64,000 nucleotides of DNA. It comes from Patescibacteria group bacterium UBA2773. Lineage in GTDB: Bacteria > Patescibacteriota > Minisyncoccia > Moranbacterales > DUUL01. The DNA is taken from NCBI GenBank assembly GCA_002352465.1, contig DEIN01000017.1, positions 777-64,776 of the forward strand. Direction: 5' to 3'. Both the position numbers and the translations under genes were made by a program. Position 1 is the stretch's first letter, and each line of letters begins with the position of its first letter. A model generated the notes under the pieces. It worked only from the letters and a program-made list of their open reading frames with translations. It was not told the DNA's origin and did not search any database. This document shows, piece by piece, positions 9,740 through 18,259 of the stretch.

Positions 9740-11023
9740 ATGAATGCTAAAAGAAATTTTCAAAAAATTAAAAATATTTATCATTTATTGAAAGCGATTA
9801 TTGCTAATTTTCGGTTTATGTTCCCTTCGAGAAAAATAACAGTGATTGGCGTGACAGGAACTAACGGTAAAACTACGACAGTCCAGATGATCGGGAAAGT
9901 TTTGGAGGCGACTGGGAGAAAGGTGGCGGTTTATTCCACTATTAACTTTAAAATTGGAGATGAGGAGGAAATTAATAAAACTAAATTTACTACTCAGTCA
10001 GCTTGGAGTTTGCAGAAATTTATTGCTAAAGCTCTTAAAAATAATTGTGAGTATTTGGTGCTGGAAACTTCTTCGCACGCTTTGGATCAATTTCGAGTTT
10101 GGGGAGTTGATTATAATATGGCGGTGGTAACTAATATCACTCGAGAGCATTTAGATTATCATTTGACGATGGCTGATTATCGAAAAACAAAATTGAAATT
10201 ATTTAAAACGGTTGCTAATTCTTGGCGAAGGACGACCAGAACGGCAATTATTAATCAAGATATGGAAAAATATCAAGATTTTATTCTGCCTAAAATGGAT
10301 GAGAATTTTTTGTATAGTTTGAAGTCGAAAAAAACAGAAGCAGAAAAAAATATTCAAATGACGGCTGAAAAAATATTAGCCAAAGGTTTTGAAAGCCAAT
10401 TTTTGGTTAATGGAACAGATTTTAAATTAAAATTACCAGGGAAGTTTAATATTGAGAACGCCTTGGTAGCGATTTGCGTTGGGGTCTCTCAAGGCATCGC
10501 GATGGACACAATCAGTAAGAAATTAGCAAAAATCGAAAGTATTCCAGGTCGAATGGATTTTGTGAAAAACAAAAAAGGACTCAAGATAATTGTCGATTAT
10601 GCTTTGACCCCTGATTCAATGGAACAAATTGGAGCAATGCTGAAAACTATTAAAAAACAAAGTGAGGCTAAATTGATTTGGGTTTTTGGCAGTTGCGGAA
10701 ACCGAGATCAAGGCAAAAGGCCAATTATGGGAGAAATCGTTTCTAGATTTGCTGATTATACAATTGTGACCAATGAAGATCCTTATGACGAGGATCCAGT
10801 CAAAATTATTGAAGCAATTGAGAGCGGGATCAAAAATAAAAATAAAGAAAAATTTGCTCGGATAGTTGATAGAAAAAAAGCCTTAAAGAAGGCTCTTGAA
10901 ATTGCGAAAAAGGGTGATGTGGTTTTGGTGACTGGCAAGGGGGCGGAAGAAAATATGTTGATTGGTTCTAAAAAAATTCCTTGGAATGACAAACGAGTTA
11001 TTCAAAAGATTTTGAATAATTAA
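9740..11023 (+). CDS. murE: Mur ligase family protein, MurE-like (UDP-MurNAc-tripeptide synthetase)
   Basis: P-loop GVTGTNGKTTT. The central and C-terminal Mur ligase domains are present (DYALTPDS..., FGSCGNRDQGKRPIMG). Confidence 0.6.
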   Translation: MNAKRNFQKIKNIYHLLKAIIANFRFMFPSRKITVIGVTGTNGKTTTVQMIGKVLEATGRKVAVYSTINFKIGDEEEINKTKFTTQSAWSLQKFIAKALKNNCEYLVLETSSHALDQFRVWGVDYNMAVVTNITREHLDYHLTMADYRKTKLKLFKTVANSWRRTTRTAIINQDMEKYQDFILPKMDENFLYSLKSKKTEAEKNIQMTAEKILAKGFESQFLVNGTDFKLKLPGKFNIENALVAICVGVSQGIAMDTISKKLAKIESIPGRMDFVKNKKGLKIIVDYALTPDSMEQIGAMLKTIKKQSEAKLIWVFGSCGNRDQGKRPIMGEIVSRFADYTIVTNEDPYDEDPVKIIEAIESGIKNKNKEKFARIVDRKKALKKALEIAKKGDVVLVTGKGAEENMLIGSKKIPWNDKRVIQKILNN

Positions 11024-11080
11024 ATTTTCAATAAACCAATTTTCAATTTGCAATCAATTTTCAATGATTTAATTTTCAAA
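11024..11080. repeat. AT-rich repeat family 2 units in reverse orientation (AATTTTCAAT)
   Basis: aattttcaataaaccaattttcaatttgcaatcaattttcaatgatttaattttcaaat. Confidence 0.5.
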
Positions 11081-11338
11081 TAAAACAAAAGTAATATTAG
11101 TTAAAGCTTTAATTTTATGATAGGTGTTGGCAGGAATTTTTATTTCCGCTGGAGCCTTAGACTTCCAAATTTTATTATCCACAGTTATTTCAGCAATGCC
11201 AGTAATTAGGTAGATTAATTCTTTTGGATTTTCAGCGTTGTCTCCGGCAATGCTGTTTTTGTTTCTATACAAAATTTTGAATCCAGGAGTTGATGTTTCA
11301 AAAGTTTTCCCGTCTTGATTTTTTTTGATTAGTCTCAT
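11069..11338 (-). CDS. Small cupin-fold protein
   Basis: 89-aa beta-rich sequence of cupin type (..IYLITGIAEITVDNK..IPANTYHKIKAL..). Confidence 0.4.
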   Translation of the reverse strand: MRLIKKNQDGKTFETSTPGFKILYRNKNSIAGDNAENPKELIYLITGIAEITVDNKIWKSKAPAEIKIPANTYHKIKALTNITFVLFEN

Positions 11339-11339
11339 T

Positions 11340-11780
11340 TTAAATTTTTGAAAAAAGATAGAAAAATAAATTAGCTAAAATAATTCCAAAAAGAATTCCT
11401 ACTAAAACCTCTGAAAAACGATGTCCAATTCGTTCTTTTAATTTGGGAAAATCTTTGGCGTCCATTTTTAAAGATTGAACTAGCATATTCAAATATCGGC
11501 CTTGATCACCTAGATACATTCGAAGTCTCAGGGCGTCATCAATTATAATAATACTCATGGAAAAAGCGACTAAAAAAGTTCCGCTATTGAATCCAGTCAA
11601 TCGACCAGTGGTGATGACGAGAGCGGTTACAAAAGCACTATGAGTAGATGGCATATGACCGTGAGTGAATAAGTGATCCCATTTAAATCCGTGTTTGTAG
11701 GTATAAATAGCAAATTTGGTCAATTGGGTTATTCCTCCAACTAGAACCGGAATTATAATATATAGATAATTAGTTTCCAT
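11340..11780 (-). CDS. Divergent PAP2 / DUF212 family membrane protein
   Basis: A GHMPSTHSAFVTAL motif and a ~146-aa hydrophobic protein. Confidence 0.5.
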   Translation of the reverse strand: METNYLYIIIPVLVGGITQLTKFAIYTYKHGFKWDHLFTHGHMPSTHSAFVTALVITTGRLTGFNSGTFLVAFSMSIIIIDDALRLRMYLGDQGRYLNMLVQSLKMDAKDFPKLKERIGHRFSEVLVGILFGIILANLFFYLFSKI

Positions 11781-11819
11781 TTTTTTAACTTAAATATTAT
11801 TTTTTTAAAGCGCTGATAG

Positions 11820-12848
11820 TTAACTTTGAATATGACCAGTTTCGTAAATTTCCAACAAAGAAATAAATAAGGTTATCACGACTGGACCAACGACAAAGCC
11901 AAGTGGTCCGAAAAAAGCAATTCCTCCTAGCGTGGCCAAAAAAACCAATAAGGGATGCAAGCTAGTTTGGCCTTCGATCAGCTTGGGTCTTAGAAAGTTA
12001 TCAATACTGCTGATGATAACTGCTCCGACTGCTAAGACAAAAATTCCTTGCCAATAATAACTCAAGGCTATTAAGACTAATCCAATTGGAAGCCAAATTA
12101 AGAAGGCCCCAAGTAAGGGGATAATTGAAATTAAAGTGGTCACCATTCCCCACAGAGTCGGAGCTTGAACTCCGGCAATCCAAAAGGTAATTCCCATTAG
12201 AAGCCCTTGGACGAGAGCGATAATCAAGGTCCCTTTGATAGTGGCCAAGGTCATTGTGTTGAATTTTTCAAAAAGTTCTCGTTCTTGTCCGGAAGGTAAG
12301 GTGCTCAGTTTCATTATTTTTTTAATAATCAAATCGCCGTCTTTGAAGAAATAGTAAAGAGCAAAAAAACAAACTACTATAATAAAAATAAAATTACTAG
12401 TTCCTTTGTAGATAGCCTTAATTGTAGCAAACAAATAGTTAGTAATATTTTGAGCACCTTTTGTTATTTGTTCAAAGCTTCCGTCGGATTGAAGTGCTTG
12501 TTCAAGGTTTAACGATTTTGCAATCGGTAGATTTTTGAGAGAATCAAGGCTGAAGGAAATATTCTTAGTTTGTACTTCTTTGATCAAAGAATCCGCCTCA
12601 GAAATAACCAAGGCTGAAATTGCTAGAAAGGGAATAATCAAAATTAGCATTACCCATAAACACATCAAGAAAGAAGACCAGGCTCGATGATTTTTTAATT
12701 TTTTAGCTAATTTTTTGTTGGTTTTACTGAATAAAGTGGCTAAAATAAAGGCTAGGAGAATGGATAGCAAAAAAGGCTTCATAACAAAGAAAGAACCAAT
12801 CCCCGCTGAGATAATTAAGAAAAGTAGAAAATAATTATTTTTTTTCAT
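11820..12848 (-). CDS. AI-2E family transporter (PerM/UPF0118)
   Basis: 342-aa polytopic membrane protein. The C-terminal ..LATLGGIAFFGPLGFVVGPVV.. is typical of the AI-2E family. Confidence 0.6.
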   Translation of the reverse strand: MKKNNYFLLFLIISAGIGSFFVMKPFLLSILLAFILATLFSKTNKKLAKKLKNHRAWSSFLMCLWVMLILIIPFLAISALVISEADSLIKEVQTKNISFSLDSLKNLPIAKSLNLEQALQSDGSFEQITKGAQNITNYLFATIKAIYKGTSNFIFIIVVCFFALYYFFKDGDLIIKKIMKLSTLPSGQERELFEKFNTMTLATIKGTLIIALVQGLLMGITFWIAGVQAPTLWGMVTTLISIIPLLGAFLIWLPIGLVLIALSYYWQGIFVLAVGAVIISSIDNFLRPKLIEGQTSLHPLLVFLATLGGIAFFGPLGFVVGPVVITLFISLLEIYETGHIQS

Positions 12849-12925
12849 TTTATTTAAATAATTTTTTAGATTTAATTTTAGTATAGCTTAAAAGTAGAAT
12901 AATTTAAATTAAACTTTCTTGCAGT

Positions 12926-14395
12926 TTATTTTTTTAGGGATTCCATTAGGTATTTCCAGTCTTTTGGAGTGATTTCTTTTAAAATTATCATAATGAATAA
13001 ATAGATTGTTAATAAGATTGATGACCAAAGAATGAAAATGAGACGACCTTGTTCGAAAAACATTGCTCCTAGAATGTAAATTAACAAACTGACTAAAATG
13101 TATTTTGAGATTGACCAAAGATTAATGTAGCGAACAATATTTTTATTGGAATGAAATAAGGCCCAAACCATAATGATAAAAGCGGTAATAGTAGTGGCGA
13201 TAGCCGAGCCGATTAAGCCCATTTTTTTTATTAAAATCCAGTTTAAAATACCGTTTAAAAGTGTCCCTATGATTGAAGCTATTACTGGAAATTTATTTTT
13301 ACCAGCTCCGTTTAAAACAAATGTGATGATATAGAAAACTGTTAAAAAAGCAAATCCAAAGATTAAAATGCTCATAATTGATCCGGCAGAAGTATAGCGA
13401 TTGCCGTAAAAAAAATAGATGGCTGATTTTGAAAACAATGAAAGCAAAGCTGTTATTGGAATTAAGGCAATAAATAAATATTTAAAAGCATTTTTAAGTA
13501 GTTTTTGGGTTTTGCTTTGTTTATTTTTGGCGATTAATTCTGAAATTTTAGGCAATAAAATAATAGTCATGAAAAAGAAAATGTAGTAGGGAATTCGACT
13601 AACGGTTGAGGCGGCGCTGTAAATTCCGGTTAATTCGTCGCTTCCAAGCATGGCTTTAATGAAATATAAATTCATTGAAAGCATAAGCTCATAGAACAAC
13701 ATAAAAATCACAATTGGTCCGGCAAAATTGGCTAATTTTTTCATTAAATCGTAGTCGAGAGGGTTATTTTTGAAAGTTTTTTTCTTTTTTAATTTAAATT
13801 TAGTGAAAGGGTCAATCAAATATCCAGCTAAAAAAACAAATAAAGGTGCTAGTGCTTGGCCGATTATTGCTCCAGTCACTTTGAATAAATAACCCAAGCC
13901 AACAATAAAAACGATTTTAAAAATTGATCTTAAGAATTTTAAAAATGATTTTTTCTTGAAATCTTGAATTCCAGTAAAATAATAGGCGTAAAAGCTAGCC
14001 AACGCAAAAGAAGGGATAATCAAAGAGGATAATTGAAATAAAGAAGTTAACGTTGAGTCGTTTAATATTCTGGCAAAAAATGGTGCTAACAAAAAGTAAA
14101 TCAAAGTGACTATAATTATTAGAATAATTTGTAAAAATAAAGCTGATTTTTTAATATCATAGTAGCCATTGATTTTGTCGGTTGTTATTTCGCCTAGATA
14201 TTTGCTAGTTGAAATAGGAATTCCTCGACCAATTAAAATAATAATCATTGTAGTAAAGGTAATGATAATACTGAAACGACCATAGCCAGCTGGATCGAGA
14301 ATTCTTCCCATTAAAGCGTGGATAATATAGCCTGAAATATTGAAAGCTAATTCTGATAAGGATAGCCAAAATGAAGCTTTAATTAAGTTAGACAT
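12926..14395 (-). CDS. Polysaccharide biosynthesis protein / oligosaccharide flippase (MOP superfamily, Wzx-like)
   Basis: 489 aa with ~12–14 TM helices. It is embedded in a glycosyltransferase cluster. Confidence 0.6.
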   Translation of the reverse strand: MSNLIKASFWLSLSELAFNISGYIIHALMGRILDPAGYGRFSIIITFTTMIIILIGRGIPISTSKYLGEITTDKINGYYDIKKSALFLQIILIIIVTLIYFLLAPFFARILNDSTLTSLFQLSSLIIPSFALASFYAYYFTGIQDFKKKSFLKFLRSIFKIVFIVGLGYLFKVTGAIIGQALAPLFVFLAGYLIDPFTKFKLKKKKTFKNNPLDYDLMKKLANFAGPIVIFMLFYELMLSMNLYFIKAMLGSDELTGIYSAASTVSRIPYYIFFFMTIILLPKISELIAKNKQSKTQKLLKNAFKYLFIALIPITALLSLFSKSAIYFFYGNRYTSAGSIMSILIFGFAFLTVFYIITFVLNGAGKNKFPVIASIIGTLLNGILNWILIKKMGLIGSAIATTITAFIIMVWALFHSNKNIVRYINLWSISKYILVSLLIYILGAMFFEQGRLIFILWSSILLTIYLFIMIILKEITPKDWKYLMESLKK

Positions 14396-14991
14396 TAGAT
14401 TAATTGGTTAATTTTTTGTTGAATTTTTGGTTTGCTGTTATTGCCGTCAATTTTTGTTAATTTCCATTTTGTTGAAAAATAATCGTAAAGATTATTTTTA
14501 TTAATTAAATAGTCTTTTCCTTGTTCAATTTTTCGATCTCGTTCTAGAATTTTTTCAGGAGTTATTTTCAGATAAATTTTTAAAGAGGGTTCAATCAGTT
14601 GATTTTCCACAATAGCTTGCCAAAAAGGTTTTTTCTTCCAACTATTTTTTGAGTCAAGATACTTGATATTAACGATTTGATCATAGAAATAACGATCTAC
14701 TATAATGTAATTAATTTTATTTTCGTGAGTTTTTACTAGGTAATAAAAACGAAATCTAAAAACATCAATAATAATCGCAATTTTTCTTAAAAAAATTCCA
14801 AAAAAGCCCGCTTTATTTTGAGCTTTAGATCGACTTGAAGAAGTTTTTTTCTTCAAGATTTTATTGGCAATTGAAAAAGTTACCATATGAAATCGTTTGA
14901 CTTGAAATTTATTTTTTAATTTTTCTTCAATCAAATCGAGTTGAGTGGTTTTTCCTGATCCGTCTAGTCCGGAGATAGTTATTAGTTTCAT
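14395..14991 (-). CDS. Thymidylate-kinase-like P-loop kinase
   Basis: Walker A ISGLDGSGKTTQ and a DRY-type motif (VDRYFYDQ). It is divergent from canonical Tmk. Confidence 0.45.
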   Translation of the reverse strand: MKLITISGLDGSGKTTQLDLIEEKLKNKFQVKRFHMVTFSIANKILKKKTSSSRSKAQNKAGFFGIFLRKIAIIIDVFRFRFYYLVKTHENKINYIIVDRYFYDQIVNIKYLDSKNSWKKKPFWQAIVENQLIEPSLKIYLKITPEKILERDRKIEQGKDYLINKNNLYDYFSTKWKLTKIDGNNSKPKIQQKINQLI

Positions 14992-15024
14992 GGGATTGCA
15001 AGATTTAAAAATTTAGTACACTTT

Positions 15025-15090
15025 TTTGCTTTGTCTTGCCGTAGCTTTAGCGCAAGCGAATCGAATTTTTTGCCTGTTGATAGGTGGTTT
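15025..15090. repeat. Partial copy of dispersed repeat family 1 (5' module joined to the gccgtagctttagcg module)
   Basis: tagtacacttttttgctttgtc + ttgccgtagctttagcgcaagcgaatcgaatt matches the modules of the copy at 49013–49260. Confidence 0.55.
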
Positions 15091-15182
15091 TGCTACTTTC
15101 TTATTGTATTATTTATTGAAATGGTTATTAATTTTATATCTTATTTTCTAACTTTATAAACTTTAAAACTTTTTAACTTTCT

Positions 15183-16676
15183 CTACGCCATTAATACTGA
15201 AATTGGGTGCATTTTAGCTACTGGTTTGATAACACCGTTTTTAGTCATTCCTTTAACGGCCGGTTCTACATCTTTATAGTGAGAGGCGTCTTGCTCTAAA
15301 ATTCCGCTTGATTGGGCTTTATAGAGATTAACATTTCGTTTGGCCATTTTAGAGTGAAGAGCTTTTTTGTCTTCTGGAACTTCAGACGTTTTGGTTTTTG
15401 ATTTTCCGGTTCCGTGAGGAGCGGAGAAGAAGGTGTTTTCGTTGTGGTTAGTGCCAACCCCGAGATAAGCTGGAGTGCTCATTGAAGAAGGCAAAAAGAT
15501 TGGCTCACCAGTTTCTTCGTAGAGTTTAGTGCCCTTCATTCTTTTAGGACCAAAAGCTCGAACTGAGCCATTTCTATGAATCCAAAGATCTTTACCAAAA
15601 TGTTTTTCCTTTGTTATCGTAATGTGACTCATATCATAAACAATTGGTAGTTCTAATTTTTTTCCGAGAATTTTTTCAATGCCTTGTTCAACTCGAATTT
15701 GAAGCAGGGCTCGATTAGCAAAAGCGTGATTGGCTGAAGCACGATTAGCAATCATAAAATGTTTATAAAGTTCTGAATTTTCTTTTATTCCCCACAACTC
15801 ATCACTGTTTTCGTAAAGAGGTAATTCTTTTCGGAGGGTTTGGTGCCAATCAATATTCTTTTTCAAAAAAGTTGCTCGGCTAAGTACATTGATAACTTTT
15901 TGACTTAAATGCTCTTTTTTCTTAGGCATATAAAAATAACTAGAATATTGTCCGAACATTCCTGAGCCAGTGTGAAGAAGAAAAACGTATTGATTTTTTT
16001 TAATGCCTAATTTGTCAGCAATTTTTTCATCCAGAATATCGTCAACTAATAATAAATCTAGGAAATGATTGCCAGCTTCGCCTAAAATCCCTAATCGACT
16101 TTGAGCAATTCGAAAAAATAGAGAAGGAATTGAATCAAAAAGTTCTTGGTTGGTAATTTTTTGATCACCGAACATATTACCTCTTAACATGGTGTTATCA
16201 AGTTCGGCTTTGCTTTTTCCAAATCTTTCTAAAACTGGTTCGGCACCTCGCTTGGAAATTTCCAAGATATCTTTATAAGAAAAATAAGTTCCAAAATAGG
16301 TCTTAGTGGGAATAGTTTTGGTGTATTCTTGAAATAAATCTTCTAATTGTTGCTTGGAAAGATCGCCTTTGAAAAATGGAGTTTTCATTAAACGCATTCC
16401 ACAATTAGGGGCGGAATCAGTTAATTGAGGTAAAAGTTCTTTTTCGGTTGCCACTACTGATCCAGTTGGATTTTTTCGTCCGGGTTTAGAGTGAATGTCA
16501 GTTAAAGCGGCAATGTGATGAAAAACTCTTTTATCACTAGCTACTTTTAATAATTTTTCGTAGCTATCATCACCTGGCATCAGCTCGTTAGTCATATTGA
16601 ACTGAATTGGTACGCTGTTTTTGTCATTGGGTTGCATCAAATTTTGAAATGCTCCTTTTTTTATTATCTTATACAT
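15183..16676 (-). CDS. rtcB: RtcB-family RNA 3'-phosphate ligase
   Basis: Motifs align to RtcB: DIHSKPG (cf. MPDVHxGxG), NCGM (metal-binding Cys), AGNHF, SAPHGTGKS (cf. SxHGAGR, the guanylylated His). Length is 497 aa. Confidence 0.65.
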   Translation of the reverse strand: MYKIIKKGAFQNLMQPNDKNSVPIQFNMTNELMPGDDSYEKLLKVASDKRVFHHIAALTDIHSKPGRKNPTGSVVATEKELLPQLTDSAPNCGMRLMKTPFFKGDLSKQQLEDLFQEYTKTIPTKTYFGTYFSYKDILEISKRGAEPVLERFGKSKAELDNTMLRGNMFGDQKITNQELFDSIPSLFFRIAQSRLGILGEAGNHFLDLLLVDDILDEKIADKLGIKKNQYVFLLHTGSGMFGQYSSYFYMPKKKEHLSQKVINVLSRATFLKKNIDWHQTLRKELPLYENSDELWGIKENSELYKHFMIANRASANHAFANRALLQIRVEQGIEKILGKKLELPIVYDMSHITITKEKHFGKDLWIHRNGSVRAFGPKRMKGTKLYEETGEPIFLPSSMSTPAYLGVGTNHNENTFFSAPHGTGKSKTKTSEVPEDKKALHSKMAKRNVNLYKAQSSGILEQDASHYKDVEPAVKGMTKNGVIKPVAKMHPISVLMA

Positions 16677-16688
16677 TGAGTTATTTAA

Positions 16689-17852
16689 TTATTGCAATAG
16701 GTCTTGATAAATCTTGTTGTATTTTTTTATATTTTTCTTGATATCAAAGTTATTTTGGACGAAAGCTAGACTATCTTTCGCTATTTTATTATATAATTTT
16801 TTATCAGTTTTTAGAAGGTGTATTTTTTGAGCTAAATCTTGGGGATTTTTTCTTTTGCAGATTAATCCAAAAGCATTATTTCCAGTGATTTCTTTTAGAT
16901 TTTTGAGCTTGGAGACAATAATTGGTTTACCGCAAGCCATTGATTCAATTAAAGTTAATGGAATATCAAATTTACCTGCCATTTCTTGCACTGGGAAAAT
17001 ATTTAAATCAGAGATATTATAAAGTTTCTCCATATCAGTGAAAGTGTCGAGGAAAATGACCTTATCTTCAAGCTTTTCTTTTTTTAATTTTTTGATCGCA
17101 GCGGTTTTTTTCTTTTGATCCATTTTCGATTTTATTCGACAGGCAAAAATAAATTTTAAGTTCTTAGTGTTTTTAAAATCTTGGAATAATATTTTTAAAG
17201 CTTCTAAGATGTCATTAACGGCTTTGAGTCGAGTATACTCTCCGGTATATAAAATGACAAAATCATTAATGCTAAGCTTTAGTTTTTTTAAAAGGACTGA
17301 ATCTTTTTTGGCTGGTTGATATTTTTCAAAATTAATTCCAGGATAAATCAGTTGAATATTTTTAATACCTTGATTTTTTAATTTGATATAAGTGTTTTTT
17401 GATTGAACAACAATGATGTCGGCAAATAGAATCTTATTTAATTTTTTTGAATTGCCTAAATTCTTTTTGGATAAAGTGGCAACTGTTTGAACGGTTTTAA
17501 CTTTTGACAATTTCAATCTTAGTCTAATCAGTAGGGAAGTAATTGATCGAGGAGTAAAGAGAAAATGGATTAAATCAGTTTTTAGTCTAAATCTAAATAA
17601 TCTAGATAATAATTTAAGCTTATTCCCCAAGTTTAAATTAGCAGATGAATAAATTTTTTCGGGTTTAATTTGTGGATATTCTGTCAGTAATTCTTGGTCG
17701 AAAGCACTTTTTTTGGGAATTAACAGCGAAATCAGAAATTGATTTTTTGGCAGATTAACAGCGATATTATAGGCTAAATTTTTCGAGGCTTCATCCCAAG
17801 GGGGAATAATTGGGCGTGTGTAAAGCAGAATTTTTTTCTTGAGTTTGGACAT
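16689..17852 (-). CDS. Glycosyltransferase family 4 (GT-B)
   Basis: C-terminal GT4 signature ..E..G.P.I.. (IESMACGKPIIVS). Confidence 0.65.
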   Translation of the reverse strand: MSKLKKKILLYTRPIIPPWDEASKNLAYNIAVNLPKNQFLISLLIPKKSAFDQELLTEYPQIKPEKIYSSANLNLGNKLKLLSRLFRFRLKTDLIHFLFTPRSITSLLIRLRLKLSKVKTVQTVATLSKKNLGNSKKLNKILFADIIVVQSKNTYIKLKNQGIKNIQLIYPGINFEKYQPAKKDSVLLKKLKLSINDFVILYTGEYTRLKAVNDILEALKILFQDFKNTKNLKFIFACRIKSKMDQKKKTAAIKKLKKEKLEDKVIFLDTFTDMEKLYNISDLNIFPVQEMAGKFDIPLTLIESMACGKPIIVSKLKNLKEITGNNAFGLICKRKNPQDLAQKIHLLKTDKKLYNKIAKDSLAFVQNNFDIKKNIKKYNKIYQDLLQ

Positions 17853-17854
17853 TT

Positions 17855-18250
17855 TTATGGAGTGATTAATTTATAAATAGTTTTTTGATTAGTTTCGTTC
17901 TTAATGGAAACTTGATATTTAATTTTTTGTGATAAATTGCACACTTTCTCTATAGTTTTTACTTGAGGCTGAATTAATTTTTTGCTTTGAGGGGGGACAG
18001 AAATTTTCAAATTTTCAAATATCTCATTGTCGTTTTTAATGGAAACTTGACAAAAGCCTTCTTTTTTGAGATTGTTTTCAATAAAAAAAGTTAAGGATTG
18101 ACTGTTGCAATTTAAGTCGGTGTTTTCAAAAGCGAGGACGGTAAATTTTTCAGCGGATTTTTCTAGTGCTTGTTCTCCTTTATAATACAAAAAATAGGAG
18201 GTGATGAAAATCAGGATTAGACTTAGAAAAATTGAAGTATTTTTTTTCAT
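17855..18250 (-). CDS. Small hypothetical protein with N-terminal TM/signal anchor
   Basis: 131-aa ORF in a tight operon context (3-nt gap to the next gene). The N-terminus is hydrophobic. Confidence 0.4.
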   Translation of the reverse strand: MKKNTSIFLSLILIFITSYFLYYKGEQALEKSAEKFTVLAFENTDLNCNSQSLTFFIENNLKKEGFCQVSIKNDNEIFENLKISVPPQSKKLIQPQVKTIEKVCNLSQKIKYQVSIKNETNQKTIYKLITP

Positions 18251-18259
18251 AGAGCAGAA

